A stretch of 64,000 nt of DNA from an uncultured SAR86 cluster bacterium (GCA_902570225.1 CACFXJ010000001.1:86780-150779); one strand, 5' to 3'. Shown: positions 11,109 to 22,786, counted from the first letter of the stretch. A program made the numbers and translations. Notes: a model not told the origin generated them from the sequence alone.

Positions 11109-12515
11109 ATGAAGATAAATAAAACTAGATTTTGTCCAAGTCCAACAGGTCTTTTGCATCTTGGAAATCTTCGTACATCTCTTTTTAGTTCGCTTATAGC
11201 AAAGAAGGATAATGGATCTTTCCTCCTAAGAATTGAAGATACAGACTTAGAAAGGTCTAAAAAGGAGTTTTCTACAGCAATTTGTAATGACTTGAAATGG
11301 ATGGACCTAGATTGGGATGAAGGTCCAGAAGTAGGCGGTAAAGAAGATTCTTATTATCAATCTGAGAGAATCGATTTATATGAAGAGTTTTACAAGGCTC
11401 TTTTAGAAAAAAACCTTATATACCCTTGCTTCACTAGCGAAGAGGAATTAAAAATTATTCGACGAAATCAAATTGCTTCTGGGCAGCCGCCTCGCTATAC
11501 GGGAGTTTGGTCTGATGCTACTGAAAAAGAAGTAAAAGAGGAACTGGATAAAGGAAATAAACCGGTATATAGATTTAGAATCCCCAAAGATAGCACAATC
11601 GAGTTCAAAGATTTAGTTAAGGGAGAGCAGTCCTTTTCTACTGACGATCTCGATGATTTTATTGTAAGAAAAAAAGATAATACGCCCACTTTCATGTTTG
11701 CGAATGCAATTGATGATTCTTTGATGGGAGTTGATCTTGTATTGAGAGGAGACGATCACCTTAGTAATACACCTAGACAAATAGCACTTCTTGAAGCACT
11801 AGGTCTTTCACTGCCAAGATATGCTCATGTTTCACTATTTACGGGTTCAGATGGAGCTCCTTTGTCAAAAAGGAACGGCAGTATTTCGATTAATGATTTA
11901 AGAGAGCAAGGATATCTACCTATTGCAGTTAGTAATTATCTTTCTAGAGTTGGTCACACCATAGTTGATAATGATCTGAAGACTCATAGTGAGTTAGCAG
12001 ATGAATTCAAAATAGATAATATTTCCAGTTCACCAAGTAAATTCGATATGGATCAACTTCTCTATTGGCAAAAGAAAGCGGTTGAAGAATTGAATATCAA
12101 TGAATGCAGTATCTGGCTGAAAGATTCCCTCGAAGGGTTGCCTTCTTCGGTTGATAATGAAAACTTTGTTGCTCTGATTAAAGATAACATTATTTTTCCC
12201 CATGAGGCTCAAGAGTATTTAAATAACTTATTCTTAACTCCATTGACGAAAAGAGAGGAAATTATCAATATCATTAGGTCCGCTGGAAAGGAGTTCTACC
12301 TTCAAGCATATGATGCTATCCCATCTGAAATCATAGACTGGAATGAAACAGTGCAAAATATTGGTTCTATTACTGGCAAGAAAGGAAAAGAACTGTTCAT
12401 GCCTTTAAGATGTGCAATTACTGGCCAAACTAAAGGCCCAGAACTGGATAGAGTGGTTAATTTGATCGGTACAGAACAAGTTCAAAAAAAATTAAAAGAG
12501 GCATCTGAGCTGTGA
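11109..12515 (+). CDS. gltX: Glutamate--tRNA ligase
   Basis: TRFCPSPTG.LHLGN (HIGH-like), LRIEDTD, LRGDDH, PLSKR (KMSKS-like); AAGGA RBS before ATG 11109. Confidence 0.92.
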   Translation: MKINKTRFCPSPTGLLHLGNLRTSLFSSLIAKKDNGSFLLRIEDTDLERSKKEFSTAICNDLKWMDLDWDEGPEVGGKEDSYYQSERIDLYEEFYKALLEKNLIYPCFTSEEELKIIRRNQIASGQPPRYTGVWSDATEKEVKEELDKGNKPVYRFRIPKDSTIEFKDLVKGEQSFSTDDLDDFIVRKKDNTPTFMFANAIDDSLMGVDLVLRGDDHLSNTPRQIALLEALGLSLPRYAHVSLFTGSDGAPLSKRNGSISINDLREQGYLPIAVSNYLSRVGHTIVDNDLKTHSELADEFKIDNISSSPSKFDMDQLLYWQKKAVEELNINECSIWLKDSLEGLPSSVDNENFVALIKDNIIFPHEAQEYLNNLFLTPLTKREEIINIIRSAGKEFYLQAYDAIPSEIIDWNETVQNIGSITGKKGKELFMPLRCAITGQTKGPELDRVVNLIGTEQVQKKLKEASEL

Positions 12516-13882
12516 AAGTTTTTAATACGTTATCAGGTAAGAAAGAAACTCTTGTACCTTTAGAAAAAAATAAGATCAAGATGTATGTTTGTGGGATGAC
12601 AGTTTATGACGACACTCATATTGGTCATGCGAGAACTTTTATATCGTTTGACCTTATTGTCAGATATTTAAGAAGTATTAACTACGAAGTGCACTACATA
12701 AGAAATATAACTGATGTAGATGACAAAATTATTGCGAGAGCAGAAGAGCTGAATATTTCTCCAAAAGAATTGACAGAAAAATATATACATTCAATGAATG
12801 AGGATTTTATGTCATTGGGTATGATCGAACCTGATTCAGAACCTAGGGCAACTGACAATATTGACTCTATTATTTCTCTTATCGAGATTCTCATAGAGAA
12901 AGGACACGCTTACGAAGGTGATTCAGATGTTTATTTCTCAGCCGAGTCTTTTAATTCTTATGGGAAACTATCGAGAAGAAACTTAGAAGATATGTTGGCT
13001 GGCGCCAGAGTTGATATTGATACAGATAAGAAAAATCCTGCTGATTTTGTCCTTTGGAAAAAAAATACTGAGGGACTGAAGTGGGATTCACCTTGGGGTG
13101 CTGGCAGACCAGGTTGGCACATTGAATGCTCAGCAATGAGCATGGATGCATTGGGTGAAACTTTTGATATTCATGGAGGAGGGTCTGATCTTAAGTTTCC
13201 TCATCACGAAAATGAGATTGCTCAGTCTGAATGTGTAACTGGTAAAGAGTTTGCCAAAGTTTGGATGCATACGGGATCTTTAAGGATTGATAAAGAGAAA
13301 ATGTCTAAATCTCTTAAGAATTTTGTAACAATAAAAGACGCTTTAGAGATTAATTCACCGGAGGTCTTGCGTCTCTTTTTGATTTCTAGTCACTACAGGA
13401 GCCCTCTTAATTATTCGGAAGTTGGATTGAATGAAGCAAAGAATTCTTTAGATAGGCTTTATAATTCTTTGCAAGATCTTGAGTATGAAACAAAAGAATA
13501 TTTTCCAACAAAATATTCAGATAAATTTCATAACGCTATGGGAGATGACTTTAATACACCCTCAGCTATATCAGTTTTATTCGAAATTGCTCGACAAATT
13601 AATTCCCTCAAGAAAAAAAATAAATTTGAAGAAGCATCTTTGTTGGCTAAAGAATTGGTTAGTCTCTCTAGCATTTTGGGACTACTTCAAGACAAAGCTA
13701 AAAATTATTTCACAGAAGGAATTGGTATCAGTGACGAAGAAATTGAAGGTTATATTTTGAAGAGAAACCAAGCAAGAAAAGAAAAAGATTTTGAACTATC
13801 TGACAAGATAAGAGATGAGCTTTTGGAGAAGGGCATAATTCTTGAAGACAAAGAAGCCGGAACCACCTGGAAAAAAGCTTAA
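12512..13882 (+). CDS. cysS: Cysteine--tRNA ligase
   Basis: CGMTVYD..HIGH, GRPGWHIECSAM, KMSKS. Confidence 0.98.
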   Translation: MKVFNTLSGKKETLVPLEKNKIKMYVCGMTVYDDTHIGHARTFISFDLIVRYLRSINYEVHYIRNITDVDDKIIARAEELNISPKELTEKYIHSMNEDFMSLGMIEPDSEPRATDNIDSIISLIEILIEKGHAYEGDSDVYFSAESFNSYGKLSRRNLEDMLAGARVDIDTDKKNPADFVLWKKNTEGLKWDSPWGAGRPGWHIECSAMSMDALGETFDIHGGGSDLKFPHHENEIAQSECVTGKEFAKVWMHTGSLRIDKEKMSKSLKNFVTIKDALEINSPEVLRLFLISSHYRSPLNYSEVGLNEAKNSLDRLYNSLQDLEYETKEYFPTKYSDKFHNAMGDDFNTPSAISVLFEIARQINSLKKKNKFEEASLLAKELVSLSSILGLLQDKAKNYFTEGIGISDEEIEGYILKRNQARKEKDFELSDKIRDELLEKGIILEDKEAGTTWKKA

Positions 13883-13883
13883 T

Positions 13884-14612
13884 CTAAACCATCAAAGTTT
13901 TTTTAACATATGAACAATAACTGCACTTGGAGTCTGCATCAGGAACTTCTTCTTTCATAAGAGTCTCTTTTAAATCATATAGTGTTGGTTCAACCCATGA
14001 ATCATTGCCTTTATAAGGTATGAGCTTCGTTTTAAATTCAAGCATATTATTGAATTCATCTTTCTCAGAAATACCATTGCAATAAACAAAATATCCGACG
14101 TCTGATACGTCAAAAGAATTGCCTCTGAGCAACCATTGATAAAATTCTATTTGCCTTTTGTAACCTATTTGCCAGTCAGCATCGATACTGACTTCTCCTT
14201 TTTTGGAGGTTGCTTTGTAATCTACAACTATTAGTTGATTTGTTTCTGTATTAATCCATAAGTCATCTAAACCACCCCTTAAGATCAGATTGGTTTCTTT
14301 ATGAAATCGCTTAATTCCATGCCTCAATGACTCTCGCCATTCTTCAAGATCTGGGTGCTGATAAGGAAGAGCTTTGATTCTATTTTCAACCATAATAGGG
14401 TGAGGTTCCTGTTTCTCCCTGTAGATATCAAATTCATTTTTTAAAAGCTCATCAACAGCATTATTGAGGTTAAAAGGAAACGAAGGCGGTCTAGCAATAC
14501 CAATTTTATTTGTTAGATAAAAACATCTTTTGCATTCCAAGAAATTATCTATTCTTGAACGGCTGAATACAAAAGGCTCTTCTGACTCAGGGTTGAATAA
14601 TTTTGCTGGCAT
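13884..14612 (-). CDS. Stand-alone PD-(D/E)XK nuclease (RecB/Cas4-like)
   Basis: FS.S......CKRCFY, G.LDDLW, VVDYK, Q..FY (QxxxY), C-terminal CSYC. Confidence 0.8.
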   Translation of the reverse strand: MPAKLFNPESEEPFVFSRSRIDNFLECKRCFYLTNKIGIARPPSFPFNLNNAVDELLKNEFDIYREKQEPHPIMVENRIKALPYQHPDLEEWRESLRHGIKRFHKETNLILRGGLDDLWINTETNQLIVVDYKATSKKGEVSIDADWQIGYKRQIEFYQWLLRGNSFDVSDVGYFVYCNGISEKDEFNNMLEFKTKLIPYKGNDSWVEPTLYDLKETLMKEEVPDADSKCSYCSYVKKTLMV

Positions 14613-14633
14613 ATATCAGTTAATACTATCACA

Positions 14634-14664
14634 ATAAAAAAAGGCCCACTTTTTCAGTGGGCCT
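14634..14664 (-). terminator. Intrinsic terminator of tRNA-Asn
   Basis: AGGCCCACT-ttttc-AGTGGGCCT inverted repeat followed by a U-tract on the minus strand. Confidence 0.85.
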
Positions 14665-14670
14665 GATGTA

Positions 14671-14746
14671 TGGCTCCCCGAGCTGGGCTCGAACCAGCGA
14701 CCCAATGATTAACAGTCATTTGCTCTACCAACTGAGCTATCGGGGA
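14671..14746 (-). tRNA. tRNA-Asn (GTT)
   Basis: Reverse complement TCCCCGATAGCTCAGTTGGTAGAGC...ATGAC-TGTTAAT-CAT...GGTTCGAGCC...GGGGAGCCA; 76 nt with CCA. Confidence 0.97.
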
Positions 14747-14799
14747 ATATAGTAATTATAACGCTTACAATCTCAGCGTATAATATTTTTTGTAAAAAT

Positions 14800-16818
14800 A
14801 TGTCAAAGAAATTCGATTTAGTATCAAACTATAAACCAGCTGGTGATCAACCAAAGGCTATTAATGAAATAGTAAAAGGTTTGAATGACGGGTTACTCAA
14901 TCAAACACTTCTTGGTGTTACAGGATCAGGGAAGACATTCACGATGGCGAATGTAATTCAAGAAGTTCAAAGACCAGCAATCGTTATGGCTCACAATAAG
15001 ACCTTAGCTGCACAGTTGTATGGAGAGTTCAAAGAGTATTTTCCTAATAATGCTGTTGAGTATTTTGTTTCTTATTATGACTACTATCAACCCGAGGCTT
15101 ATGTACCTACAACGGATATCTACATTGAAAAAGATGCTTCAATAAATGAACACATAGAACAAATGAGACTCTCTGCCACAAAGGCCATAATGGAAAGGAG
15201 AGATGTAGTTATTGTAGCTTCTGTTTCTGCTATTTACGGTTTGGGTGATCCTCAATCATATTTGCAAATGGTCCTTCATTTAGATAGGGGAGATGAAGTA
15301 GATCAAAGAACTCTTTTGCGAAGACTTGCAGAACTGCAATACCAAAGAAATGAAGTTGAATTTAAAAGATCCATGTATAGAGTAAGAGGCGATGTTATAG
15401 ATGTCTTCCCTGCTGATTCTGAGAAAGAAGCTCTTCGAATAGAGCTTTTTGGAAATGAAATAGAAGCATTAAAAATTTTTGATCCTTTAACTGGAGAAAT
15501 ATTTAGGGAAGTTCCTAGAATAACTATCTATCCTAAATCTCATTACGTCACATCAAGAGATAAAGTTCTTCAAGCGATAGAGTTTATAAAAGAAGAGCTT
15601 AAGCACCGCTTAGACTATTTAAGGAAAGAAAATAAGTTGGTTGAAGCACAAAGACTTGAAGAGAGAACAAAATATGATATCGAGATGCTCAAAGAGCTAG
15701 GATTTTGTTCAGGAATAGAAAATTATTCTAGATTTTTATCAGATAGACAGCCTGGGGAGCCACCTCCAACACTGTATGAATACTTACCACAAGATGCCTT
15801 AGTCTTCATTGACGAGTCTCACGTATCCTTGCCTCAGTTAGGTGGAATGTACAGAGGTGACAGATCAAGAAAGCAAACTTTAGTTGATTATGGTTTCAGA
15901 TTACCTGTTGCTTTAGATAATCGTCCTCTTAGATTTGATGAATGGGAGAAACTTTCAGGTCAAAGAATATTTCTCTCTGCAACTCCCTCAAAATATGAAA
16001 TAGAAAATTCGGGGAGTATAACTGAGCTTGTTGCCAGACCAACTGGACTCACTGATCCACAAGTAGAAATTAGGCCTGCTACCCACCAAGTAGACGATCT
16101 TCAAGAAGAAATTAATCAGATTGTAGGAAAAGGAGATCGAGTTCTTGTAACTGTCCTGACTAAAAGAATGGCAGAGGATTTAACAGAATATTTAGACGAA
16201 AATGGAACAAAGGTTCGATATCTTCATTCTGATATTGATACAGTAGAGAGGGTAGAAATCATAAGAGATTTGAGACTTGGAGCATTCGATGTGTTGGTTG
16301 GTATCAATCTTTTGAGAGAGGGATTAGATATTCCTGAAGTTGCTTTAGTGGCAATTCTTGATGCAGATAAAGAAGGTTTTCTGAGATCTGAAAGCTCTCT
16401 TATTCAAACTATAGGACGTGCTGCAAGACATATAGAAGGAAAGGCCATTCTTTATGCAGATAAGATAACCGGATCTATGGAAAGAGCTATTGAAGAGACT
16501 AATAGAAGAAGAGACATACAAGAGGCCTTTAATATTAAACACTCCATAAAGCCTAAAGGTATCAAAAAAGGCATAGGAGATATTATGGAAGGTGCTAGAT
16601 CTGTTAAAGGTAAGTCTAAGTCAAGAAGGAAGCTAGATAATTTACGAGATATAGAATTTGATCCAATTGAAAGTTTTGATGATCCTGAAAAAGTTAAAAA
16701 AGAAATTATCAGACTCGAAGACCAAATGTATAAATATGCTAAAAATCTTGAGTTTGAGGAGGCAGCAAGCTACAGAGATAGAGTGGAAGAACTGAAGCAG
16801 AAATTACTAATTAGCTAG
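14800..16818 (+). CDS. uvrB: Excinuclease ABC subunit B
   Basis: [34 protein letters not shown]-terminal UVR domain. Confidence 0.98.
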   Translation: MSKKFDLVSNYKPAGDQPKAINEIVKGLNDGLLNQTLLGVTGSGKTFTMANVIQEVQRPAIVMAHNKTLAAQLYGEFKEYFPNNAVEYFVSYYDYYQPEAYVPTTDIYIEKDASINEHIEQMRLSATKAIMERRDVVIVASVSAIYGLGDPQSYLQMVLHLDRGDEVDQRTLLRRLAELQYQRNEVEFKRSMYRVRGDVIDVFPADSEKEALRIELFGNEIEALKIFDPLTGEIFREVPRITIYPKSHYVTSRDKVLQAIEFIKEELKHRLDYLRKENKLVEAQRLEERTKYDIEMLKELGFCSGIENYSRFLSDRQPGEPPPTLYEYLPQDALVFIDESHVSLPQLGGMYRGDRSRKQTLVDYGFRLPVALDNRPLRFDEWEKLSGQRIFLSATPSKYEIENSGSITELVARPTGLTDPQVEIRPATHQVDDLQEEINQIVGKGDRVLVTVLTKRMAEDLTEYLDENGTKVRYLHSDIDTVERVEIIRDLRLGAFDVLVGINLLREGLDIPEVALVAILDADKEGFLRSESSLIQTIGRAARHIEGKAILYADKITGSMERAIEETNRRRDIQEAFNIKHSIKPKGIKKGIGDIMEGARSVKGKSKSRRKLDNLRDIEFDPIESFDDPEKVKKEIIRLEDQMYKYAKNLEFEEAASYRDRVEELKQKLLIS

Positions 16819-17538
16819 AACCAGTAACTCCTCCTCTTTGTATAGGATAGACAGAGTTTTATAGTAAAGGCTAATATTTTTAACATATTTCATTACTTGA
16901 TCATGTTTAACAAATTCTTCAGATTCTCTACCATAGCGGTCCTTTAAAATATCTTCTAAAGCTAAAGAAACCTCTGACCAATCATTAGGATCAAGGTTTT
17001 TAGATTTGGCAAGGTCTCTAGCCAGTTCTAGATTTCTATAACCAAGATTGTAAGCTGCTAAAGACATCCAAATTTTATCTAATTTGGACATTTCGCTAGG
17101 AAGCCTGTTCATTGTTTTTTGGAAATAGTTTGCACCTCCAAATATACTATCTTCAGGATTAGTTCTTCTATTAATTCCCATTTCTTTTGCAGTCTTTTGT
17201 GTAAGCATCATCATTCCTCTTACACCAGTATCAGAAATTGCTTTTGGGTTCCAATGCGATTCCTGATAACTGATTGCAGCAATAAGACTCCAATGAACAT
17301 CAATGCCTTCTGCAGCCTCTTCAAAAAGCAATTTGTATTTTGGTAGTCTTGTATTTGTTCTTTCTAAAAAAGTAGTTAAACCCGGTTTATCCTCCTGCCA
17401 GTAAAACTCGAGTTCCTCCATGAAGAAAGTTTTCTCTTGAGCAGAGTAAGATTTAAGTACTGGAGCTTCCAAGCTTAGAACTGTCAATACACTCAGAAAA
17501 AAAATAAAAGAGTATCTAAATTTTAGATAGCTAAACAT
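16807..17538 (-). CDS. mltF: Lytic transglycosylase, MltF-like (SLT domain only)
   Basis: [24 protein letters not shown] and AAYNLG motifs; divergent from purL as in other gammaproteobacteria. Confidence 0.75.
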   Translation of the reverse strand: MFSYLKFRYSFIFFLSVLTVLSLEAPVLKSYSAQEKTFFMEELEFYWQEDKPGLTTFLERTNTRLPKYKLLFEEAAEGIDVHWSLIAAISYQESHWNPKAISDTGVRGMMMLTQKTAKEMGINRRTNPEDSIFGGANYFQKTMNRLPSEMSKLDKIWMSLAAYNLGYRNLELARDLAKSKNLDPNDWSEVSLALEDILKDRYGRESEEFVKHDQVMKYVKNISLYYKTLSILYKEEELLVLAN

Positions 17539-17613
17539 GATTCCCCCAATTTTTTTCGCATTCTATGTGAAAAATATGATTTTTCCATAACCTAGGTCTA
17601 ATATTTAATAAAT

Positions 17614-17629
17614 ACACAACATATAGTGG
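17614..17629. promoter_or_regulatory. Putative NrdR box in the mltF/purL divergent promoter
   Basis: ACACAACATATAGTGG vs consensus acaCwAtATaTwGtgt; degenerate half-match CCACAAGATA 32 bp downstream. Confidence 0.55.
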
Positions 17630-17672
17630 CTTTTTATGAGGAAAACCACAAGATAAGCTATTTACTTAACTT

Positions 17673-20600
17673 TTGCTTTTATTACAATGTCAAGCAACTT
17701 TAATGAACTTAAGAATAGAAGTTTCGCAAAATATCGTTGCCATACTAGGCTCTGAAAATTCCTCTGAATTTAGACTAAACAGAATAAGAGAATCTTTATC
17801 TTTAGATAAATCTAGCGATGTATGTGCTAGAGAAATTTATTTTCTTAAATTACGAAAAGATTCGTCATATGTCTCTGAAGAAGATTATAAACAATTGTCT
17901 GATTTGCTTGTTGGAAGTGATATTCAGGACATTGTGGATAAAAGCTTCTTTCTGTTAACTCCTAGAATAGGAACCATTTCTCCATGGTCATCTAAAGCTA
18001 CAGAAATAATTGGAAACTGCGGTATAGATTTCGTGGAGAGAGTAGAGCGGGGATTGTATTATTCTTTTACAAAGAAAATTCAGGCTACAGAGTTGCTTAG
18101 AATGGGTAATATTCTGTCAGACAGGATGACTCAGAATGTTATTCTCAGCCTTGAAGAAATACCTCAACTCTTTTCCAACCTTGAACCAGGTTTGTTACAA
18201 AGTATTGATATAACCTCCACAAAAATAAATGCCTTGCAGAAAGCCAATACAGAATTGGGCCTTGCTCTAAATCAAGAAGAAATTGTTTATTTGTATGAGA
18301 GCTATGCAAAAACAAATAAAGACCCTACGGATGCTGAACTGATGATGTTCGCCCAAGCTAATTCAGAACATTGTAGACATAAAATCTTCAATGCAGATTG
18401 GACTATTGATGGAGAACCAAATCCTAAGAGCTTATTTGATATGATCCGAAATACGCACAAGAATTTTTCGGACGGTGTTATTTCTGCATATGAAGATAAT
18501 GCAGCAATACTTAAGGGTAACATGGAAAAAAGATTTTTTCCTAGAGATGGTAAATACATCCTCTCTGAAGAAGAGATTAATCTTGTAATAAAGGTAGAAA
18601 CCCATAACCACCCAACAGCAATTTCACCTTTCTCTGGAGCTTCTACAGGTTCAGGAGGTGAAATCAGAGACGAGGGAGCAACTGGAATTGGAGCAAAACC
18701 AAAAGCGGGATTAACAGGTTTTTCAGTATCTAATCTGCGTATTCCAAATTTAAAAGAAAGATGGGAATTTAAAGAGGATAAACCAGATCGGATAGCTTCT
18801 CCATTAGAGATAATGTTAGACGCACCTATTGGAGCCGCTTCTTTCAATAACGAGTTCGGAAGACCCAACATCTTAGGATATTTTAGATCTTTTGAATCAA
18901 AAAACTCATTCAATCACTTTGGTTATCACAAACCAATAATGTTGGCTGGAGGTCTTGGAAATATTAAAACCGAACATGCATTGAAGAAAGAAGTGCCCAT
19001 TGGCTCAAAACTAGTAGTTTTAGGTGGTCCTGCAATGCTAATAGGATTGGGCGGAGGTTCGGCTTCTTCTCTCTCTTCTGGCGAAGGAGATTCGGATTTA
19101 GATTATGCTTCCGTTCAAAGAGAAAACCCGGAAATGGAGCGGAGATGCCAAGAGGTTTTAGATAGATGCTGGCAAGATAAAAATAATCCAATTTTATTTA
19201 TTCATGATGTAGGTGCAGGCGGTTTATCAAATGCTATACCCGAACTTGTAAAAGATAGTGGACATGGAGGTTTAATAAATTTGAGGGATATACCTAACTC
19301 TGAACCGGGAATGACTCCAATGGAAATATGGTGCAATGAGTCTCAAGAAAGATATGTTTTGGCTATTTCAGAGAAGAATCTTGAGAAGTTTTCAAATTTC
19401 TGTAAACGTGAAAGATGTCCTTACTCAGTTGTTGGTGAAATTACTAAGGGAAATCACCTGGAAGTATATGATTCTTATTTTGATAATTATCCTATCAGCC
19501 TTTCTTTAGAAGTTCTTTTTGGAAAGCCGCCTAAAACACACATATCTTTTGAAAATAAATCCGAAAGGTCTCTACCACTTAAATTACCCGATGAAGTATC
19601 TAATGAGGTTGTATATGAAGTCTTGAGACATCCCACTGTGGCCAGTAAGACATTTCTCATAACCATAGGTGATAGATCTATCACAGGTTTGATAGCTAGG
19701 GATCAAATGGTCGGGCCTTGGCAAGTTCCGGTTTCTGATTATGGTTTATGTAAGACAAGTTTTTCTGGACTATCTGGAGAGGCCATGGCTATGGGGGAGA
19801 GGACTCCACTTTCATTGATGAGCTCCAAGGCTGCAGCTAAGATTTCTGTTGCTGAGGTTGTAACTAATATTTTGCCATCTGGAATATCAAGCCTTTCAGA
19901 TATTAAATTGTCTGCAAACTGGATGGGTTCTCCAGGTAAATTAGAGGGGAATAAAGATCTATTTGAAGCCGTAGAATCTGTTGGAATTGATTTATGTCCC
20001 AAATGGAACATGGCGATACCGGTTGGAAAAGACTCTCTATCTATGTCTACAGAATGGAGTAAAAATGGAGAGGATAAATTAGTAGTATCACCTCTCTCAT
20101 TAATTGTTTCTGGTTTTGCTCCTATTCAAGATATATCTATTGCTGTTACTCCAGAATTAAAGAAAAGCAAAAAATCTTCATTACTTTTTATAGATTTAGC
20201 AAAAGGCCATACTAGATTGGGGGGGAGTATCCTAGCTCAATTAAATAACCAGCTTGGTGGAGAGTCACCCGATGTCGAGTGTGAAAAAGAGATGCCAGCT
20301 TTTGTTGATTCAATTCATAAACTGTTGTCTCGCAGAAAGATACTTGCTTACCATGATCGTTCTGATGGTGGTCTAATTACAACTCTTGCCGAAATGTCAT
20401 TTGCTGGAAGATTGGGTTTAGAAATTAACCTAGATTCAGCTATAAAAGATGAAGGGGCCTTATTAAAGTTCCTCTTCAATGAGGAATTAGGGGCAGTAAT
20501 ACAAGTTTTAGATGAAGATCTAGATTACGTTCAGGAAGCTTTAAGCGATGCTGCTTTAAACGAATATGTTCACAATATAGGTTCTTTATCAGACTCAGCA

Positions 20601-21585
20601 GACATAGTGATCAATTTTCAAGAAGAAAATTTAATTTCTCTTCCTATAAAAGAGCTGTTACAAAACTGGAATAGGGTAAGTTATGAGATCCAGTCCTTGA
20701 GAGATAACCCGGATACTGCAAAAGCTGAATACATTAATGATACTAAAATTAAGAATCCCGGCTTAAGCCCTAAAATAACCTTTTCTGTACCTGAGAAAAT
20801 TGATTTGAATAGTTATAGGCCTAGGATTGCGATTCTCAGAGAGCAAGGAGTTAATGGTCAAAATGAGATGGCCGCAGCTTTCCATGAAGTAGGATTTGAT
20901 TGCATAGATGTCCACATGACTGACTTAATAGACAAAAGACAAAACTTACAAGACTTTCAAGGTCTGGTAGCTTGCGGGGGATTTTCTTATGGCGATGTCC
21001 TTGGAGCAGGGGGGGGGTTGGGCAAATAGTATTTTATTTAATGATGAACTAAGAAATCAATTTGGTGATTTCTTTCAAAATGAGAATGTTTTTTCATTAG
21101 GAGTCTGTAATGGTTGTCAGATGCTATCTCAATTGAGAGGTTTGATCCCCGGAACTGATAATTGGCCAAGCTTTAAAAGAAATATCTCAGAGAAGTTTGA
21201 AGCTAGGCTAGTACAAGTCATTGTAAAGGATTCACCTTCCATACTATTTAAACACATGAAGGGTTCAGTTATACCAGTCCCCGTTGCTCATGGTGAAGGC
21301 AGAGTAGAGGTTTCGAATGAGTCATTAAAAAACTTAGACAAAAAACTTACTACCATTTCTTATGCAGACTGCTTTGGAGAAGATACTGAGACCTATCCCT
21401 TAAATCCTAATGGTTCTCCTCATGGGATTGCAGGAGTAACGAATGAAAACGGAAGAGTTACTATCATGATGCCTCATCCGGAAAGAGCTTTTTTGAACGA
21501 TCAATATTCTTGGTGTCCAGAAGACTGGTTAAATTATAGCCCGTGGATAAAGTTATTTCAGAACGCGAAAGATTTTATTGATTGA
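17673..21585 (+). CDS. purL: Phosphoribosylformylglycinamidine synthase (large form), split by a +1 frameshift in a G9 run at 21009-21017
   Basis: MFAQANSEHCRH, KVETHNHPTAI, GGFSYGDVLGAG|GGWA, GVCNGCQM, MMPHPER; removing one G joins the two ORFs; start may be 17703. Confidence 0.93.
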
Positions 21586-21587
21586 GT

Positions 21588-22124
21588 TTATTTCTTTCGT
21601 TCTATAGTGTGGGTCGTAAGGGGAAATTCACCTTTTTTCAAATCCGAAAAGAAATTCTTAAGAACTATAGGTACAAATGGAAAAGCAAGTTCATCCCAGG
21701 GTATCTCATCTTCTTTAAAAAACTTTACCTCAAGACTTTCTGTAGTTGGAGCGTAGTCATTAGAAACAACATTTGCACGATATAACATATAAACCTGATT
21801 GATTTGTGGAACATTAAATATTGCATAGAGATCTTTCATTTCAACTTCAGTATTTGTTTCTTCCAACGTCTCTCTAAATGCACCTTGAGAAACAGTTTCA
21901 CCATTTTCAAGAAAACCTCCTGGAAGGGTCCATTTTCCATATCTAGGCTCAATGCCTCTTTTACATAACAAGACTGAAGAGTCTTGAAAGGGTACAGTTC
22001 CTACAATAATCTTGGGATTTGAGTAGTGGATAGTACCGCAATTTTCACAACAGTCTCTTTCTCTATTATCACCCTCTGGTATCTTTCTTACCGTTAGTGA
22101 TCCGCATACGCTGCAGTATTTCAT
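21588..22124 (-). CDS. NUDIX hydrolase with N-terminal zinc ribbon
   Basis: YCSVCG...CENCG; Nudix box GFLENGETVSQGAFRETLEE. Confidence 0.88.
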   Translation of the reverse strand: MKYCSVCGSLTVRKIPEGDNRERDCCENCGTIHYSNPKIIVGTVPFQDSSVLLCKRGIEPRYGKWTLPGGFLENGETVSQGAFRETLEETNTEVEMKDLYAIFNVPQINQVYMLYRANVVSNDYAPTTESLEVKFFKEDEIPWDELAFPFVPIVLKNFFSDLKKGEFPLTTHTIERKK

Positions 22125-22190
22125 TTTCTTATTTTATTTCGATTTAAGGCGCCGGAAGTATAAACTATCTTCAAAAAGATATTACATTTA

Positions 22191-22772
22191 TTGATGTTAG
22201 ATAAAATTACGGACAAAATTCAAACTTATTCCGGCAAACCTCCTGTAGCAGAGTTAAGAAAAGCGGCTGTTCTTATAGCAGTTACGGATTCTAAAGACCC
22301 TGAACTTATTTATACACTCAGATCTAATAAGGTTGGATCTCACGGAGGAGAGGTTTCCTTTCCTGGAGGTATGTACGAAGAACAGGATGATTCTCTTGAG
22401 AATACTGCTCTGAGGGAATCAGAGGAAGAGACTGGTTTAGATAGGAAGAAAGTAGAAATTCTAGGTCCCATAGATACAGTTGTCTCTAGATTCAATATTA
22501 GTGTTACTCCTTATGTAGGAGTAGTTCCACACGACATAGAGCTAAATGATAATTCTGATGAAATCGAAGCTTGTTTTAAAGTGCCTCTATCTTTTCTTTT
22601 AAAAGACGAAAGACACAGAAATGATGAAATTAACAGGAATGGTGATATTTTTTTTATGCCTGCCTATGAATATAACTCTTATATAATATGGGGGCTAACC
22701 GCAATGATGACTGTAGATTTTTTAAACATAGCTTTAGATGCTGGAATAGATCTTAAATCAAAAGGTAATTAA
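22191..22772 (+). CDS. CoA pyrophosphatase (NudL-like NUDIX)
   Basis: AAVLI, T.RS...[26 protein letters not shown]. Confidence 0.88.
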   Translation: MMLDKITDKIQTYSGKPPVAELRKAAVLIAVTDSKDPELIYTLRSNKVGSHGGEVSFPGGMYEEQDDSLENTALRESEEETGLDRKKVEILGPIDTVVSRFNISVTPYVGVVPHDIELNDNSDEIEACFKVPLSFLLKDERHRNDEINRNGDIFFMPAYEYNSYIIWGLTAMMTVDFLNIALDAGIDLKSKGN

Positions 22773-22786
22773 CAAAGGGGAATAGA

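Noticed and set aside
13884-14746. CRISPR-Cas locus or integrated element at tRNA-Asn
   Set aside because: No repeat-spacer array, other cas genes, integrase or att duplication are visible.
18302-18913. 203-aa antisense ORF inside purL, and similar shadow ORFs inside acnB, smc, ligA and the aldehyde dehydrogenase
   Set aside because: They lie fully opposite well-conserved genes and have no recognisable motifs; this is the expected antisense-frame artefact.
20989-21585. Separate purQ gene
   Set aside because: The break falls inside the glutaminase domain (GDVLGAG|GGW), so this is one frameshifted large purL.
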